Shown here piece by piece: positions 12,894 to 26,623 of a stretch of 64,000 bases of DNA. Location of the stretch: positions 28,706,001-28,770,000 of the forward strand of contig CAIIXF020000001.1 of assembly GCA_903813345.2 (NCBI GenBank). Direction: 5' to 3'. Positions within the stretch are counted from its first letter, which is position 1. The number at the start of each line of letters is the position of its first letter. The stretch comes from Owenia fusiformis. Taxonomy: Eukaryota. The notes under the pieces are model-generated. The model did not search any database. It saw nothing but the letters and a program-made list of their open reading frames with translations, and was not told the DNA's origin. The position numbers were made by a program, and so were the translations under genes.

Positions 12894-13393
12894 GTTTTAT
12901 TATGCACCTCCCAATCAAAGTTAAGTGGAGTACTTACTGGAGTACAGGCTTAAACTGTCGTTTAGTTGACATTATTTTGACATTTATTTTATTTTTTTTC
13001 AAAACTCAAACGACTTCCGGCCAGTTTATTCGCTACACTGGACGAAAATATTTGCCCCGGGAATTTAATTTTTATTTATTCGAGACGTTCTTGCAGAATT
13101 ATATGTAACTTTTGAATGATAAGGGTAATTTTGATTGATTAAGTGCATTTTTTTCTTCTATTTTCCGCCAGTTTCAGATGTAAGCTTTAAGTAGTACTCC
13201 AGTTATTAAGAAATAAAACTCTGAAGTGGGAATGTTGCAAAAACATTGACAAAAATATCCGACCCTTTTTCTCGAAAGGGTCAGATATTAAAAAAATATC
13301 CGGCAGTTTTCAGAAAAGAGCAGAGTATTGCCAAATTACAAGCAACTAAGAACCAATCAGATTTGAGTATTTTAATGAGGTGCATAATAAAAC
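12894..13393. mobile_element. MITE with 17-bp TIR at the duplication junction
   Basis: GTTTTATTATGCACCTC ... GAGGTGCATAATAAAAC; subterminal AACCAATCAGATTTGAGTATTT. Confidence 0.75.
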
Positions 13394-13974
13394 CTGGTAC
13401 CAGACTGTTGAATTATTGATTGTCAAAGGCTTCCTTATCTAGGAGCATCTTGTCAGCTATCATTTATCAGATTCTAGGCACTCGCCAGGAAATAATATTT
13501 GAGTTGTTTAGAATAAATAGTTGAATTTTTCATATTTAAAAAATCTAAATTAAAAAGATGCAACTCATATTTTACTTGTTACTTTGTTTCTTAGTAATAT
13601 TTATATTTTCTATGGAAATGAATCCTATATACAAAAATGAATAAGAAACGATTGCAGCAGAATTGTCCATGACATGATTTGGTAAATCATATTTATTTTA
13701 CCTATCATCTTATTGTTTTAACTTGTTATGAGCCACTGACATGAGGGCATTTCAAAAAGTATTTTTCAAACGCAAACAGTATTATTTGCCTATGCCAATT
13801 ATAATTTCTCATTCCCTAAAATCTAAATAATAAAGTACGAAATCAATAAAAATATACATGTATGTTTAATATATGATGTATGTTTAAAACGTGTTGTTAA
13901 ACATATTGTTTGACCTGGAGCTCATTGACAATTGACTCCCCATCTAATTCCCGAATGTAAATGAGATAACTTAC

Positions 13975-14012
13975 TCTTCACTCCAGGCATTTTATACTCT
14001 AAAATCAAATTA
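13975..14012 (-). CDS. GULP1: Candidate GULP1 38-nt micro-exon, copy 2 (NLILEYKMPGVK)
   Basis: Duplicate of 11461-11498 with intact AG, GTAAGT and reading frame. Confidence 0.5.
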
Positions 14013-16227
14013 CTGCATTTACACATAAAAAATCTACGTTTTGCATTCGTTCGACTTCACTTCTTAAAAGAGAACATCGTCTTCACTCTTTCAGTTTACA
14101 ATGAATCTCTGATCTCACCGACAAGTGCAGTATCAATGGAAATGATTGCATACTCAAACTGTGTTAGTCAATCATGCAACTAATCCACTTTAGTGAGAAC
14201 ATATTCTTGGTTATTTTGAGTTTATCAAATTAGAGGTCTTTGAGAGATATATGAGTAGAGAAGAAAATTGGACAATGACTCCGCAGAGGGATGTGTTAAA
14301 CAGATACTACATCTCTACATGTATAGACAGTTCTGCAATAGAAAATATTCAGAGATGTATCCAACTTATTAGAGGTGCAACTCAGGTTGAGCAAGCTAGG
14401 GCTGTCTTGATAAGTAGACATAAGTTTGTCTTTTCTATATTATATGAAAGATCAATTTGTGAGTTTGCTATAACTTGAGTTAACTCACAAAACTTGGATT
14501 ACTGAACGTTATTACAGTAAGACTGGTAAAATTAAGCAATTTCATGAGAGAACAGGAATATTGGGGTATCCAGGGAATCAATGATGACGTGATGTGATAT
14601 CTATCAAATAACTTATTATGTATACATTTGTACTCTGTTCCTTGACTTGAAAATATTGATACTCAAACAAGTTTAGATGTACTTTCCCACTGCTGAAAAA
14701 TGCTAAGTGATATTTAGATTTTTGTGATTTCAGATCATTTTTTGTTTGAAAGAGATGGAAAAGTGGGTCATGTCATAAGGCATACTATTTTGACACTGAA
14801 ATAAAATTGAACCAAGTGTCTGACGTAGTCTTGTGCTTTATCTAAAATTGCTCTTTGTATCCGGTTTTCCAGAAAAAATACCCCAGACAATTTAAAACTT
14901 CTGTGAAAATAAAGTATCTCCCAAAGTTACTAAAAAAGTCAGTAACACAATGAACCCAGTGTCTGTAAAGCAATACTCAGATCCATCCAAACACATGGTT
15001 GCTCAGGTTTTACAAGAAAACAAATAAAATGAAAATATTTTCTTAAAGATACCAAAAACATGTCAGACTTAAAACAGTAAACAAATAGGATGTTTTGGAT
15101 ATATTATTATCTTTGATGTAAATAGCATCTCAACAGCTATGACTGATATGGCACATATTTTAACTTTGAACATTTTCATTAATAAAACAATTATACGAGG
15201 GTTGTCCCATAAGTCCTGAACTAATTGTTATAAAACTAAGAAATTTATTATTAAAGGCTGATATTTCAGCGGTGTTATCTATAGGAATTTATTGATCAGT
15301 GTAGATAATTTCAAATTAAAATATCATGTAACAAAAAAGTTATGAGTGTCCCATCCGTATAGCTATACTTCAGTCTCTAAAGGTACAACATCTTGGAAGA
15401 TGGCATTTATGTTTTTGTAACATGTTTATCTTAATAAAGTTTTAAAGTTGAAACACTTCAAGGCTAAGCACTCACTGGTGAGCTCTACTTCTATAAATCA
15501 AGAAAATATAGAGTGCAATTTAATATGTCAATCAATAAAACTAAATTAATGATTAATAAACCAAGTTTTCAGTAGTATCTTATATATATGGCAAGATTTT
15601 GATCAACATTACAATATGTAGTACATATAAAGCAAAACATGTGAAGATGCCAAGTTTAATCAGTTCAATAAAATGAAGGGTTAATAAACACCAATTAACC
15701 CAGAGATACCACACCATTTACTATTTGTTATATGATGAAATGACTCATCACATTGTGATTATAATGGGGAGATAGGAGATAATTTTTATGAAATCCCTGA
15801 TTTTTCCCATTGATGACAAAATCCATAATGTGTAGATAGAAAAAAATTGTAGATTGGTCAAGTTTTGAATACATCATATAATAGAAAAGCTCAGATCTCG
15901 TATTAAAACAATAATACAGCATAGCAAAAAGTACCTAAAACTCTATTTGTATACAGAGACCAGTAGGTAACGGCCCATGTTTTCTTGTGGCAGTATAACA
16001 AACTGCACATCTACCCCTTTAATACTCATCTCCTCATAGACATGGGATGTTATGTTGTACTGAGAACCCCCCCCTCTCCCCCCTGGATAACACTGAATTG
16101 GGGGAGGGGTTCCTGATTTTTCTTTTTGTACCACGCAATATCCAGTAACTATGCCTGCCTGCAACCTTATACAAACCACTCATTAAATAAATAGTTTTGA
16201 AACAAACAATATTTTTATTGTACTTAC

Positions 16228-16372
16228 ATTTTGCCTGTAAAGTTTTGTCCTGGTTGCGTCCAAAGTTCATATTGACTTGGAAGTACTTCCTTCTGCCAAA
16301 CTCCCTATTAGGAACAAGAAGAGCATTTTGAGTACTGGTTATATAAGATTTAGCTTGAGCAACATTATCCAT
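16228..16372 (-). CDS. GULP1: Candidate alternative first coding exon of GULP1 (MDNVAQAK...TLQAK, 48 aa)
   Basis: CAAAATGG start context; 145 nt open; GTAAGT donor in phase 1, compatible with exon 10525-10589. Confidence 0.55.
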
Positions 16373-17249
16373 TTTGAGCAGAAGTATATATAATCCAAGT
16401 GAAATCCTTCTGTTTAAGTTATATCTTTTGGAGATGTCCAGATTTTATTATGATTTATACATTTATTGGTAATTTGCTGCTGAGTTGGCAATAACAATCC
16501 ATATGTTAAATATAGCCTATGTGTTTAACAAGGACTACACTTAATGCTTTGTAGTACAGCAACTTTAATCCTTTCTGCTATTATTGTTTAGTAACACTAG
16601 CTACATATGTTAACAAAAGTTTCCATAATAGATAAATATTCCAGTATTTCCGCTATTCTTAAAACGTCCTTGTAGGAAACAGAAACTGCTGGCTTCTGAT
16701 GATCTTAGCTTGGTGAACGACTATTCTGGATATTTCATTGAACTTAAAAGCATATACATGTACATGTAATGACAAGGTGTGTAAAGTTCATATGTCAGAC
16801 ACCATATAAAACAACAGAGTACGAACTTGTACATAAATATATAAATCACATGTTCAATTGTTAATGTATCAGATGGCAAAATTCACATTGACATGTGGCG
16901 GACAGCTGATACCTCCTATACGTAATATAATACACATCATAAGCATCTTATCCTAAAAAATGTTTCTTATTATCTGTGTATAATATATTAAGAATTGTGT
17001 AAAGCATCAAAATTCAGAGAATATGTTTGTGATTCGTTCAGTTTGTTTAGCCAACTTCTCTGTTGTCTATCTGCACTATCAATTAATTGGTCATCTCTGA
17101 TTATAGTGTATACTAAAGGGTCAAAGGTCAATCTAAGTATTCAATGTTTTAATTAATGAAAATTCAGTATAAACACTGATAACTAAATAAGGACTGCAAC
17201 TAATTGAAATTCTAGAATAATTGGAAATGTCTAATGTGATGACAATTAT

Positions 17250-20126
17250 CACTGGGGAGTATCGTGATGCAACAACACCGTGTTGTTGCATCAAGATGGC
17301 CAGACTTCCGGTGATAGATTTTCGTACGATATTTTGTTTCCCCAATTAAACCCATTTCTAGGACGAGTTGCTCAATAACCATACACGTGCAGTTAGCGCA
17401 CGATCTATATTTAAAGAAACTGTCATTAGTATACATGTACCATCACCAAGAAGCAATAAGTTCACGGTTTTAGTTCCTCACTATTGATGCAACAACACCA
17501 AACCGAAGATGCAACAACACCCCTCTAGATTTGAGCAATGATGCAGCAACACCAATTAATAGTATAATTTCAGAAGACCATAAATCTCGAGAGGAACAGA
17601 TTTTTAAATGCTACTATTGCAATACCGTTACCAATTAGCCTACCCATATTTGCGTTCTTCTCAAGGCATTCAAAATACACGTCCTGCGGGCGAAGATCCT
17701 TTATATGTGTTTTCAAAAATTTATACTTTTACATATTATAATGTACTGGACGTTATTCTATAACATAGTTCAATCGCCTTTAACATGGCAAGCATTAGTA
17801 ACCCAATCTATTTTCATAAACCACTGTTCCATAGCTTGATGACCCTGACTCCAGTTAGTATCATTCAAAATGGTGGACAAACATCTTTCGTTCTCGGTAA
17901 ACATGATGAGCTATTGGATATTATCATGATATTATCTGTCATCCATCTCTGAAACAGTGATAAACTAGTAGATGTACGTTACCACTGTTTATCAAATTAT
18001 AACTAAAACAGTTTAACTGTGACATTCGTGAGCTTATGTTGATGGGATGATTGCTTCATCTATGATATAATATGACATGATTCTTTATTTCCTACAATTT
18101 GGAGAGCCAACGTGTAAAAACGTCTAATTGACTTTATTAGAGAGGCCGTTTAGTTACACGACGCACATGTAGAATTATTGCTCTCTTTGGATTCCTTCTC
18201 TCCGACTGAGTAAAAAGGTAAACAAAAGTGATAAGATTTAGGGCCCAAAAAGGTAAATTGATAGGGGTACAGTTATCCCAGATATCCCGGGGCCTCGGGA
18301 AATATCATATTGTCTCTCGAAATAAAACCAATATTGAATCCCTCTCAGTAAATAACTTTTATATAATAGCATTGTATAACTGCAATATCATTAAACCAAC
18401 ACTCATCCTATACAACTCTTGATGTACAACTTGATGTACAACTCCTGGATAGCGTAAACTCCTGAGCAGTGTATACAACTCTTCAACTTGATATATGACA
18501 TCATACTTTGTAGACCCCTCTTGAGGTCAACTGGCAAAATTGTATACCGATACTGTAAACCTTGAAAGTACTGTTGATCAAGACCAGAGGTCGAGGACAC
18601 TTTTGCCAGTTGACCGAAAAGAGAGGTTAACAATTGTTCTGTTAGTCCAAATAATATAATAATTGGACGAATATATAATCGAATATCACGTTCATATTTG
18701 ATAAGTAAAGGTATCATATTTTAGCAAAAAATCCCCAAACCGTCGAATACTTGTAATTTTTTATACAACTTATTTTTTCAAAATTAAAAAAATTTCAACA
18801 TGAAAAAAACAATTTTTCAAAAATAGGGGTCAAGTACCTAGTAGTGGTCAACAGTTTACAATTGTTGACCTCCCCAGAGGCCAACCGGCAAAATTGTATA
18901 CCGAGACTGTAAACCGAAAAATACTGTTGACAGAGACCGAAGGTCGAGGTCAACAGTAGTTTCAAGGTTTACAGTTGAGGTATATGATTTTGACGGTTGA
19001 TCGGTTGATCGAATGGAGAGGTCTACAATTGTTTTGTTAGTCCGAGTAAACTAATAATACACATATAGACGACGATCATCAATCGGCATGGCTTCATTTC
19101 ACAACCTTTTCTCCGAACCACGTTAGCAATATTTTTTTTAGAAAATATGGAGACATTGCAAGAAGCTTAACTCTGTATTTGGCACATCACGGCGTACTCG
19201 TTAGTGAATTAATGTTAATTTTAAGTTTCTATTTGTATCTTTGCTATACTTGTCGCCTAGTAAAGTCAATTTCATCAACATTTACAAAATGTCCGTCTTC
19301 CATGTTTTTTTGTGACGTCATGAAACTTTTTTTCAGAAGTAGCGGTCAACAGTACCTAGTAGCGGTCAACAGTACATAATTTTGACCGCTAATCACCCAA
19401 TCAGAATCGAGTATTTCAGTTGAGGTACTAACAATACATTTTGTTGCCCGCTCATCAACCAATCAGAATTGAGTATTTCAATTGAGGTACTAACAACACA
19501 AAATGACTGATATCTGCTGTCTTTCCAAAATTATATTAGTTATTTGTAAGCAATTTCCATACGGTAAATCAAGGGCATTAATCTAGAAAATGTATAATCT
19601 TTATTTTTCAGATACAATATCAATGAGATTGCCTCCCGGGGATTCTGTACTTTATTTAGTTTGCCTTGTATATCCTTTTAACTTTGATATAGACAAAGAA
19701 ACCAAACAAAATACGTTTCGTTCATGGTCCACTGACTCACGCGTTTTATTCATGTCCCGACCTACACCTGTAAACAGAACATAAAACAGTTTCTCTTGTT
19801 GTTCAATGATACATTATATTGGCGTTTTTGCATCAGCACATTGGTGTTGTTGCATCATCGATAAGAAACAGAGTGGTGTTGTTGCATCAATAGTGAGGAA
19901 TTAAAACCACGAATTTATCGCTTCTTCATGATGCTACATGTATACCAATGACAGTTTTTTAAAAATATAGATCATGTGCTAACTGCATGTGTATGATTAT
20001 TGAGCAACTCGTCCTAGAAATGGGTGTAAATTGGGAAAACAAAACATCGTACGAAAATCTATCACCGGAAGTCTGGCCATCTTGATGCAACAACACGGTG
20101 TTGTTGCATCACAATACCCCCCAGTG
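17250..20126. mobile_element. 2.9-kb non-autonomous DNA transposon, ~250-bp TIRs, CAC...GTG ends, 6-bp TSD
   Basis: AATTAT|CACTGGGG...CCCCAGTG|AATTAT; repeated GATGCAACAACACC motifs; nested hairpin element at ~18500-19500. Confidence 0.88.
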
Positions 20127-20730
20127 AATTATGATGGTGATGATGATTAGTATGTTTACAGTTAAACTATTAAATCTGTAAAATTGAATATGTATGATGA
20201 ACACCTGTATGATACAATGATACTTATATGATGATAAACACCTAAATGATGAGCGCCTCTATATGATGAACACTTTCGTATTATGAGTACATTCATAAGA
20301 TGAAGTCTGTATTACCTCTATGATAAACACATCTATATGATGAACACATCTCTTGGGAGAATGTAGCTTCAAGGTGACAAACACTTTAAGATGTGGCCTT
20401 AAATATACATGTATACTTTGCATATTTTATATCTTATTTTTATATCTTAGTTGAAACTAAAACAATGAATAAGTAAAACTCAGAAACAAATATGTTTGTC
20501 ACACAGAACATTATGTATGACTTGTTTTATGTTGCCATAGTGCAAACTGAAAGAAAGTAATGAGAATTTAGTGCGATAACTTCAAGTTCATTTAAACAAA
20601 TAAGTAAACTTAAACATTCAAGTGATCCACTCAAATTATTTATAACGCAAAGTAGACATATTTACTCATGTTACTAGGTGTAAGGTAGCATTCCCGAATT
20701 CAACTGCCAGCTGACGGCTGATGCATTAAC

Positions 20731-22038
20731 CGGTATCAAGACGTTTCACCCCCTGGACGTTTCACCCCTAGACTGTTCACCCCTTAGACATTTCACCCCC
20801 TGGACATTTCACCCCCTAGACACTTCACCCCCTAGACATTTCACCCCCTAGACGTTTCACCCCCTGGACGTTTCACCCCCTAGACATTTCACCCCTAGAC
20901 GTTTCATCCCTTAGACATTTCACCCCTAGACGTTTCACCCCTTAGACATTTCACCCCCTAGACATTTCACCCCCTAGACATTTCACCCCCATATACAGTC
21001 TGTGTATTGTACAATGTGATGGGTTGGATTATAAGTGAATTTTGACTTAATTTATATGAGTGCATATATACTGATTTCTTTTCCAAGTAACATTGACTAG
21101 AAAAGGTCATAGTGTATAAAACCACAACAATATTGGTACAAATAAGTTTTAAAAAAAGTTTGGACTTTGCACTAATTAAAGATGCTAGTCTCTAATTGCC
21201 TAGATAATCCCTTCCCTTGTTATCAATTGCATTATTAAAAAGCAACAAACCGATTCATTATTATTTAGATTTAGAAAATTAATTCAATTGTTTTTTCTTC
21301 TTGTAGGTACATGAGGTAACATGTTATTTATAATGATATAAAAGCATTAGTTTTATGGTAAACAATATTAGATATGGCATTAATTAGATGTGAAATTAAT
21401 TAGAATTGTATAAGATTTAAATTAAAGGGAACTTTCTACTATACCCGCCATGCTATCTGGCCCGAACAAGCCACCTGGTGTTGAAACTTGTAACTACCTA
21501 CTCACCTCTGCGTTAATTCTAGTGACTTACAGCACTTGTTATTTGATTATTCTATTTGGAACACTTGGTAATTAAATTGTGATTTTTATTAATCAAACCC
21601 ACGCTAAACCATATTACATAAAATCAACTTAAATTCACTAAAAGTTACTGAGCAAAATGTGTCAATAGGAAATATGTTCTATAATATATGCCATTTACAC
21701 TAAGGGTATTCAGTTCTAACAAAGAGAAATACTTGAATGAAATATGTAGGAGTAAAAAATGAAGATTAAAATGTCTAGGGGGTGAAACGTCTAAGGGGTG
21801 AAACGTCTAAGGGATGAAATGTCTAGGGGGTGAAATGTCTTAGGGGTGAAACGTCTAGGGGGTGAAGTGTCCAGGGGGTGAAATGTCTAAGGGATGAAAT
21901 GTCTAGGGGTGAAACGTCCAGGGGGAGAAATGTCCAGGGGGTGAAATGTCTAAGGGGTGAAATGTCCAGGGGGTGAAACGTCTAAGGGGTGAACAGTCTA
22001 GGGGTGAAACGTCCAGGGGGTGAAACGTCTAGAAAGCT
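20731..22038. mobile_element. Foldback-type element with inverted arrays of ~20-bp TAGACATTTCACCCC repeats
   Basis: Array 20738-20990 and reverse-complement array 21770-22031; flanked by direct repeat CATTAAC(C). Confidence 0.85.
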
Positions 22039-22359
22039 CATTAACCTACTATTTTATGGCCAACTCAACTCATACATATAGCGAAAATGACACGATCAAT
22101 AAGTTGGAATTGTTCAACTAAAGAGATGATCTTTTTTGCTGTATGATAGTACTATACATTGTTTTCGTGTTATGTAGTCACAAATTCAAGTATGATTCTC
22201 GTGGCATTAAGGCTTGTAAACATGATATATCTTCTGATGTACATATATATTATGTATCATCAGTTTGAGTACATATATCTATCTATCTGTCATGTTGACT
22301 CATAAATACACTGACAGTTATGCTATCTTGTAAACAAAAACAATTGCCTGATAACATAA

Positions 22360-22690
22360 GGGGCAGCTTCAAAATATCAATGTTTGATAGGAAACTAAAC
22401 AAATTTAGTTTTGACTTTCACCACCTCCCCCTGAAAACAAAATACCTCAAAAGTTGAAATTGCGAAATTACCGCTGGAGTTTTGGAGAATGTAACTTAAA
22501 GACACATTCATTGGTCTTCTCACTTCTATTTCCTTGTAATATCAATCATAATCTTTGTATCAATCATAATTTATGATCTGTTTTATGGTCTCTTCATGTT
22601 TGGGATAGGAAACTAAAACGTGTGTTAACCCCCTCCCCAAACTAAATTTATTTAATTTCTTATCAGACATTGATATTTTGATGCCACCCC
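22360..22690. mobile_element. PIF/Harbinger (Tourist-like) MITE
   Basis: TAA|GGGGCAGCTTCAAAATATCAATG...CATTGATATTTTGATGCCACCCC|TAA. Confidence 0.75.
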
Positions 22691-23347
22691 TAAAACAGTT
22701 TCATTCTGACAACACTTATTTGGAACATTTACTATACACAAACACCTACCTAACATCTATATTCAGTGATAGGAATATCTTTTCTACAATTTATTGAGAG
22801 AAAGCCCTTACAAATATCTATAAACAAGTACATTTAGGGAAACATCAAAAATATTAAACATACATAGTATAACCTTTCATCCAAACACCTCTCTAATCTG
22901 AGCACCTAGCAATATGAACACCCTTTTCCAATGTTAAAAACCTTGAAATGGAAACACCTCCCAATTTGAATAATGAACAGTCATATTGGAAACACCTCTC
23001 ATAACAAATTTTTGAAATCACTGTTTATATGATGTCAGTTGTCTATGATTAATAAATTCATTTGAATCTCATGAATGGGAAAACCTTTAAGTGTGAACAC
23101 TTCCTAATCTGAACACTTTAAGACAGATTTTATTATACCTTTACTAAACCCAGACCCTTAAAGAACACCTTGTGACAAGCAGTGAATACCTTCTAAGAGA
23201 ACACCTATATATAATAAACACCTACATACAACCTGAGGTCAACAAAAACTCTCTCTTTCTCAACTATAAATTATGAAATTGTTTTTCTTGACTTCCCCCC
23301 TCCTACAAATGTTACCTTAATATACACACAAATAACAACATGTTTAC

Positions 23348-23391
23348 CTGATGACTGCAGGCAACTGTAATCCTCGTTTCAAACCTGGCAT
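23348..23391 (-). CDS. GULP1: Candidate alternative first coding exon of GULP1 (MPGLKRGLQLPAVI)
   Basis: CAAAATG start; CAG|GTAAAC donor in phase 2; in frame via the 38-nt micro-exon. Confidence 0.45.
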
Positions 23392-24276
23392 TTTGTAGTT
23401 CAGACACCTGAGCGGAATCCAAAGAATCTTTGAAGTAGCAACCTCAGGTTAAACAACCTTTCACTTTCCTTGCACTTAATCCTTCCAAGATTATTTATGG
23501 GAACCACAAAATTGATATTTTGAATCTATTTTTGGAAGTTATGTACTTGATTAGAATATCCTCAAAATTACAATTAATAGTTTAATAATACATGTATGTT
23601 CGGTTTGAAAATAACCATTGCTAAGTTTATATTGAAATTAGTGGATTTCATATCCAGAGGCTGTGATTATTCATATAAATGTCAGAATGTTTCGTCGCTT
23701 TTTCGAGTCCATGTTATCTATGGGTCCCTTAGGTATGGAGTAATAATCATTGTTAACGATTTAAACATGCTAATTATAACATCCAAATAGCCTACCATTT
23801 TTTACCATTTTCTTTGTTGATTATTAGGTATATTTTAGTAAAATATACCCTATCTGTGTTAAATGGTTAAATGACCATCAATTCCCATGTTGATCACTGA
23901 TAAATGAAAATGTTCTCATAGAAATAAAAATATTATTGCTTTTGCAACTTCGGCAAATTAATCATGGTAGTGTTAAATCAATGCTGACTATCGTCCATTC
24001 TACTTTATTTTCCTCATTTTATCAGGCCCAATCTTTACAGAAAACTTCACAATTTCTATTTTTTGGGGTTCAATAAATCCCAATCAAGTAAAGGTCGATT
24101 TCTTATTTCTGCACTCAAAATCAAAAAAAAAATAACAAATGAAAGTGAACAATTTTAAATTTGACTTGAAACCTATTTATGATATTGATGAAAATAGAAA
24201 CTTATTGATTAAGGATGTTCACACTTCTAATTAGACTCCAGATTGAAAATCTGTAGTCTATTGTTTTCTTTTTATT

Positions 24277-26623
24277 ATTAGGAGGCCCTCCTGAAAGGGC
24301 CTCCTATAGCTTTTGTAGCTTTTCTTTATTCTTTATTCTTTCTTTATTCTTTATTTATTATTCTTCCAAAGCATTTTTCTCCTACTTCCAACTAGCTTTC
24401 AACTACCTACTATATGATCCTACTAGGAACCTTGTCTGGAATAGGGGGGAAAATATTTTTTATCTAGGTCAAGGTCAAAGGTCAAAATCTAGGTCAAATC
24501 TAAGTTTTTTTTCAAGTTTCTCAAGTTTGTCATTATACTTCATTATTTCTTGCGATGAATTAAACTGAAACTACATTTAAGTATTCTCTACAAATTGTTC
24601 ACTATATGTCAGCATTAAATTTTTACCGTTTTTGAGATATTTGACGTCAAAAAACGGTCAAAAAGGTCATTTTTCAACTTGCTTCAATCTGACCAATTTT
24701 TTTTTTAAAAATCATCTACAAGTTCCCAGGAGTCCAAATCTGACCTCAGATTTGACCTTTGACCTTCGGTTGACCTTCAGTGACCTCCGAAAGGTCAAAA
24801 AGTTGATTTTTCAAATCGATTTTCTGGATTCAAATTTAGGTATATCTATTCACAAAAGACCTTTTGAGGTCTAAAAAAGTAAAATTTGCAAGGTCAAAGG
24901 TCAAGGTCATCAAACGAAATCACAAACTGTGTTTTCTAAGTTTCTCAAAATTGGAGACTACAAATCAATTTTTTTTACTTAAAGTCAGAATATATATTCC
25001 TCTAAAGGCTCTACACATATTAGCAATTGACTATTTATTAAAATTTTGCTCCAGTTTTGAGATATTAGAACTCAAAAACTGAAAAATGGTCAAATTTCGA
25101 AATTTTTGAGGGTCAAATTTCAACTTGCTCTAAATTGACCAAACTTTTTTTTAAAAAGCATCTACAAGATCTCAGGAACTCAAATCTGACCTTAGTTTTG
25201 ACCTATGACCTTTAGTTGACCTTCAGTGACCTTCGAAAGGTCAGAAAAGTTGATTTTTCAAATTGAGTCTTTGGATTCAAATTTAGGTCAGTCTAATTAC
25301 AAAAAGCCTACTGAGGTCTCAAAAAGTAAAAATTTCAAGGTCAAAGGTCAAGGTCATCAAATTAGGTCACAAACTGTGCTATCTAAGTTTCTCATACTTC
25401 AAGACTTCAAATCAATATTTTTAATTGAAAGTCAAGATATACTTTTCTCTAAGGGTTCTACACATATTAGTCATTGACTATTTATTAAAATTTTGTCCCA
25501 CTTTTGAGATATAAGAGCTCAAAAACTGAAAAAGGTCATTTTTTCAAAGTTTATAAGGTCAAATTTTAACTTCCTTCAAATTCACCCAACTTTTTTTTAA
25601 AAATCATCTTCAACTTCTCAGGAGTTCATATTTAACCTCAGATTTGACATTTGACCTTTAGTTGACCTTCAGTGACCTTTGAAATGTCAGAAAAGTTGAT
25701 TTTTCAAATTGAGTTTTTGGACTCAAATTTAGGGTTGGCCTAATCAAAAAAAACTACTGAGCTCTAGAATAGTAAAATTTTCAAGGTCAAGGGTCACGGT
25801 TATCAAATTAGGTCAAAGGTCAAGATCTAGGTCAAATCTAAATTTTTTTCAAGTTTCTCAACTTTGTCCTTATACTTCGTTATTTCTTGCGATGAATTAA
25901 ACTGAAACTACATTTTGGTATTCTCTATAAATTCTTCACTATATGTCAGCAATAAATTTTTACCGTTTTTGAGATATTTGACGTAAAAAAACGGTCAAAA
26001 AAGGTCATTTTTCAACTTGCTTCAATCTGACCAAATTTTTTTTATAACTCATCTACAAGTTCCCAGGAGTCCAAATCTGACCTCAGATTTGACCTTTGAA
26101 CTTTAATTGACCTTCAATGACCTTCGAAAGGTAAGAAAAGTTGATTTTTTAAATTGAGTCTTTGGATTCAAATTTAGGTCAGCTTAATTACAAAAGTCCT
26201 ACTGAGGTCTGAAAAAGTAAAACTTTTCAAAGTCAAAGGTCAAGATCATGAAATTAGGTCACAAACTGTGCTATCTAAGTTTCACAAAGTTCGACTACAA
26301 ACCAATATTTTTAATCCTGAGTCGAAATAAACACATTCCTCTAAGGGTTGTACACATATTAGCAATTGACTATCTAATTGAATTTTATCCCAGTTTGAGA
26401 TATAAGAGTTCAAAAGTTGAAAAAAGGTCAATTTCGAAATCTTTCAAGGTCAAATTTAAATTCGCTTCAAATTGACAAAATCTTTTTTTGAAAATCATCT
26501 ACAAGTTTTCAGGAGTTCACATCTGACCTCAGATTTGATATTTGTCCTTTAGTTGACCTTCAAATTGTCAAAAATGCCTAAGAGGGCCTCCGTGAGATTG
26601 CTTGCAATCTTCAAAAGTCTAGT
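24277..26623 (+). mobile_element. Helentron-associated non-autonomous element (HINE) with an internal ~446-bp tandem array
   Basis: 5' GGAGGCCCT..AGGGCCTCC hairpin, TTCTTTA microsatellite, AGGTCA-rich repeats, 3' AGGGCCTCC subTIR followed by stem-loop GAGATTGCTTGCAATCTT. Confidence 0.75.

Larger units (their letters stand above)
10887..14935. repeat. Tandem segmental duplication (copy A ~10887-12857, copy B ~13391-14935)
   Basis: Near-identical sequence from ACCTGGTACCAGAC to CCCAAAGTTACTAAAA in both copies; also seen as the twin ORFs at 11748 and 14251. Confidence 0.93.

Noticed and set aside
11748..14478. Twin 75-aa ORFs as duplicated small genes
   Set aside because: No recognisable domain; the similarity is explained by the DNA duplication.
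20738..22031. Repeat arrays as CRISPR
   Set aside because: No unique spacers, eukaryotic context, no cas genes; these are transposon subterminal repeats. The same applies to the 92-bp and 18-bp arrays.
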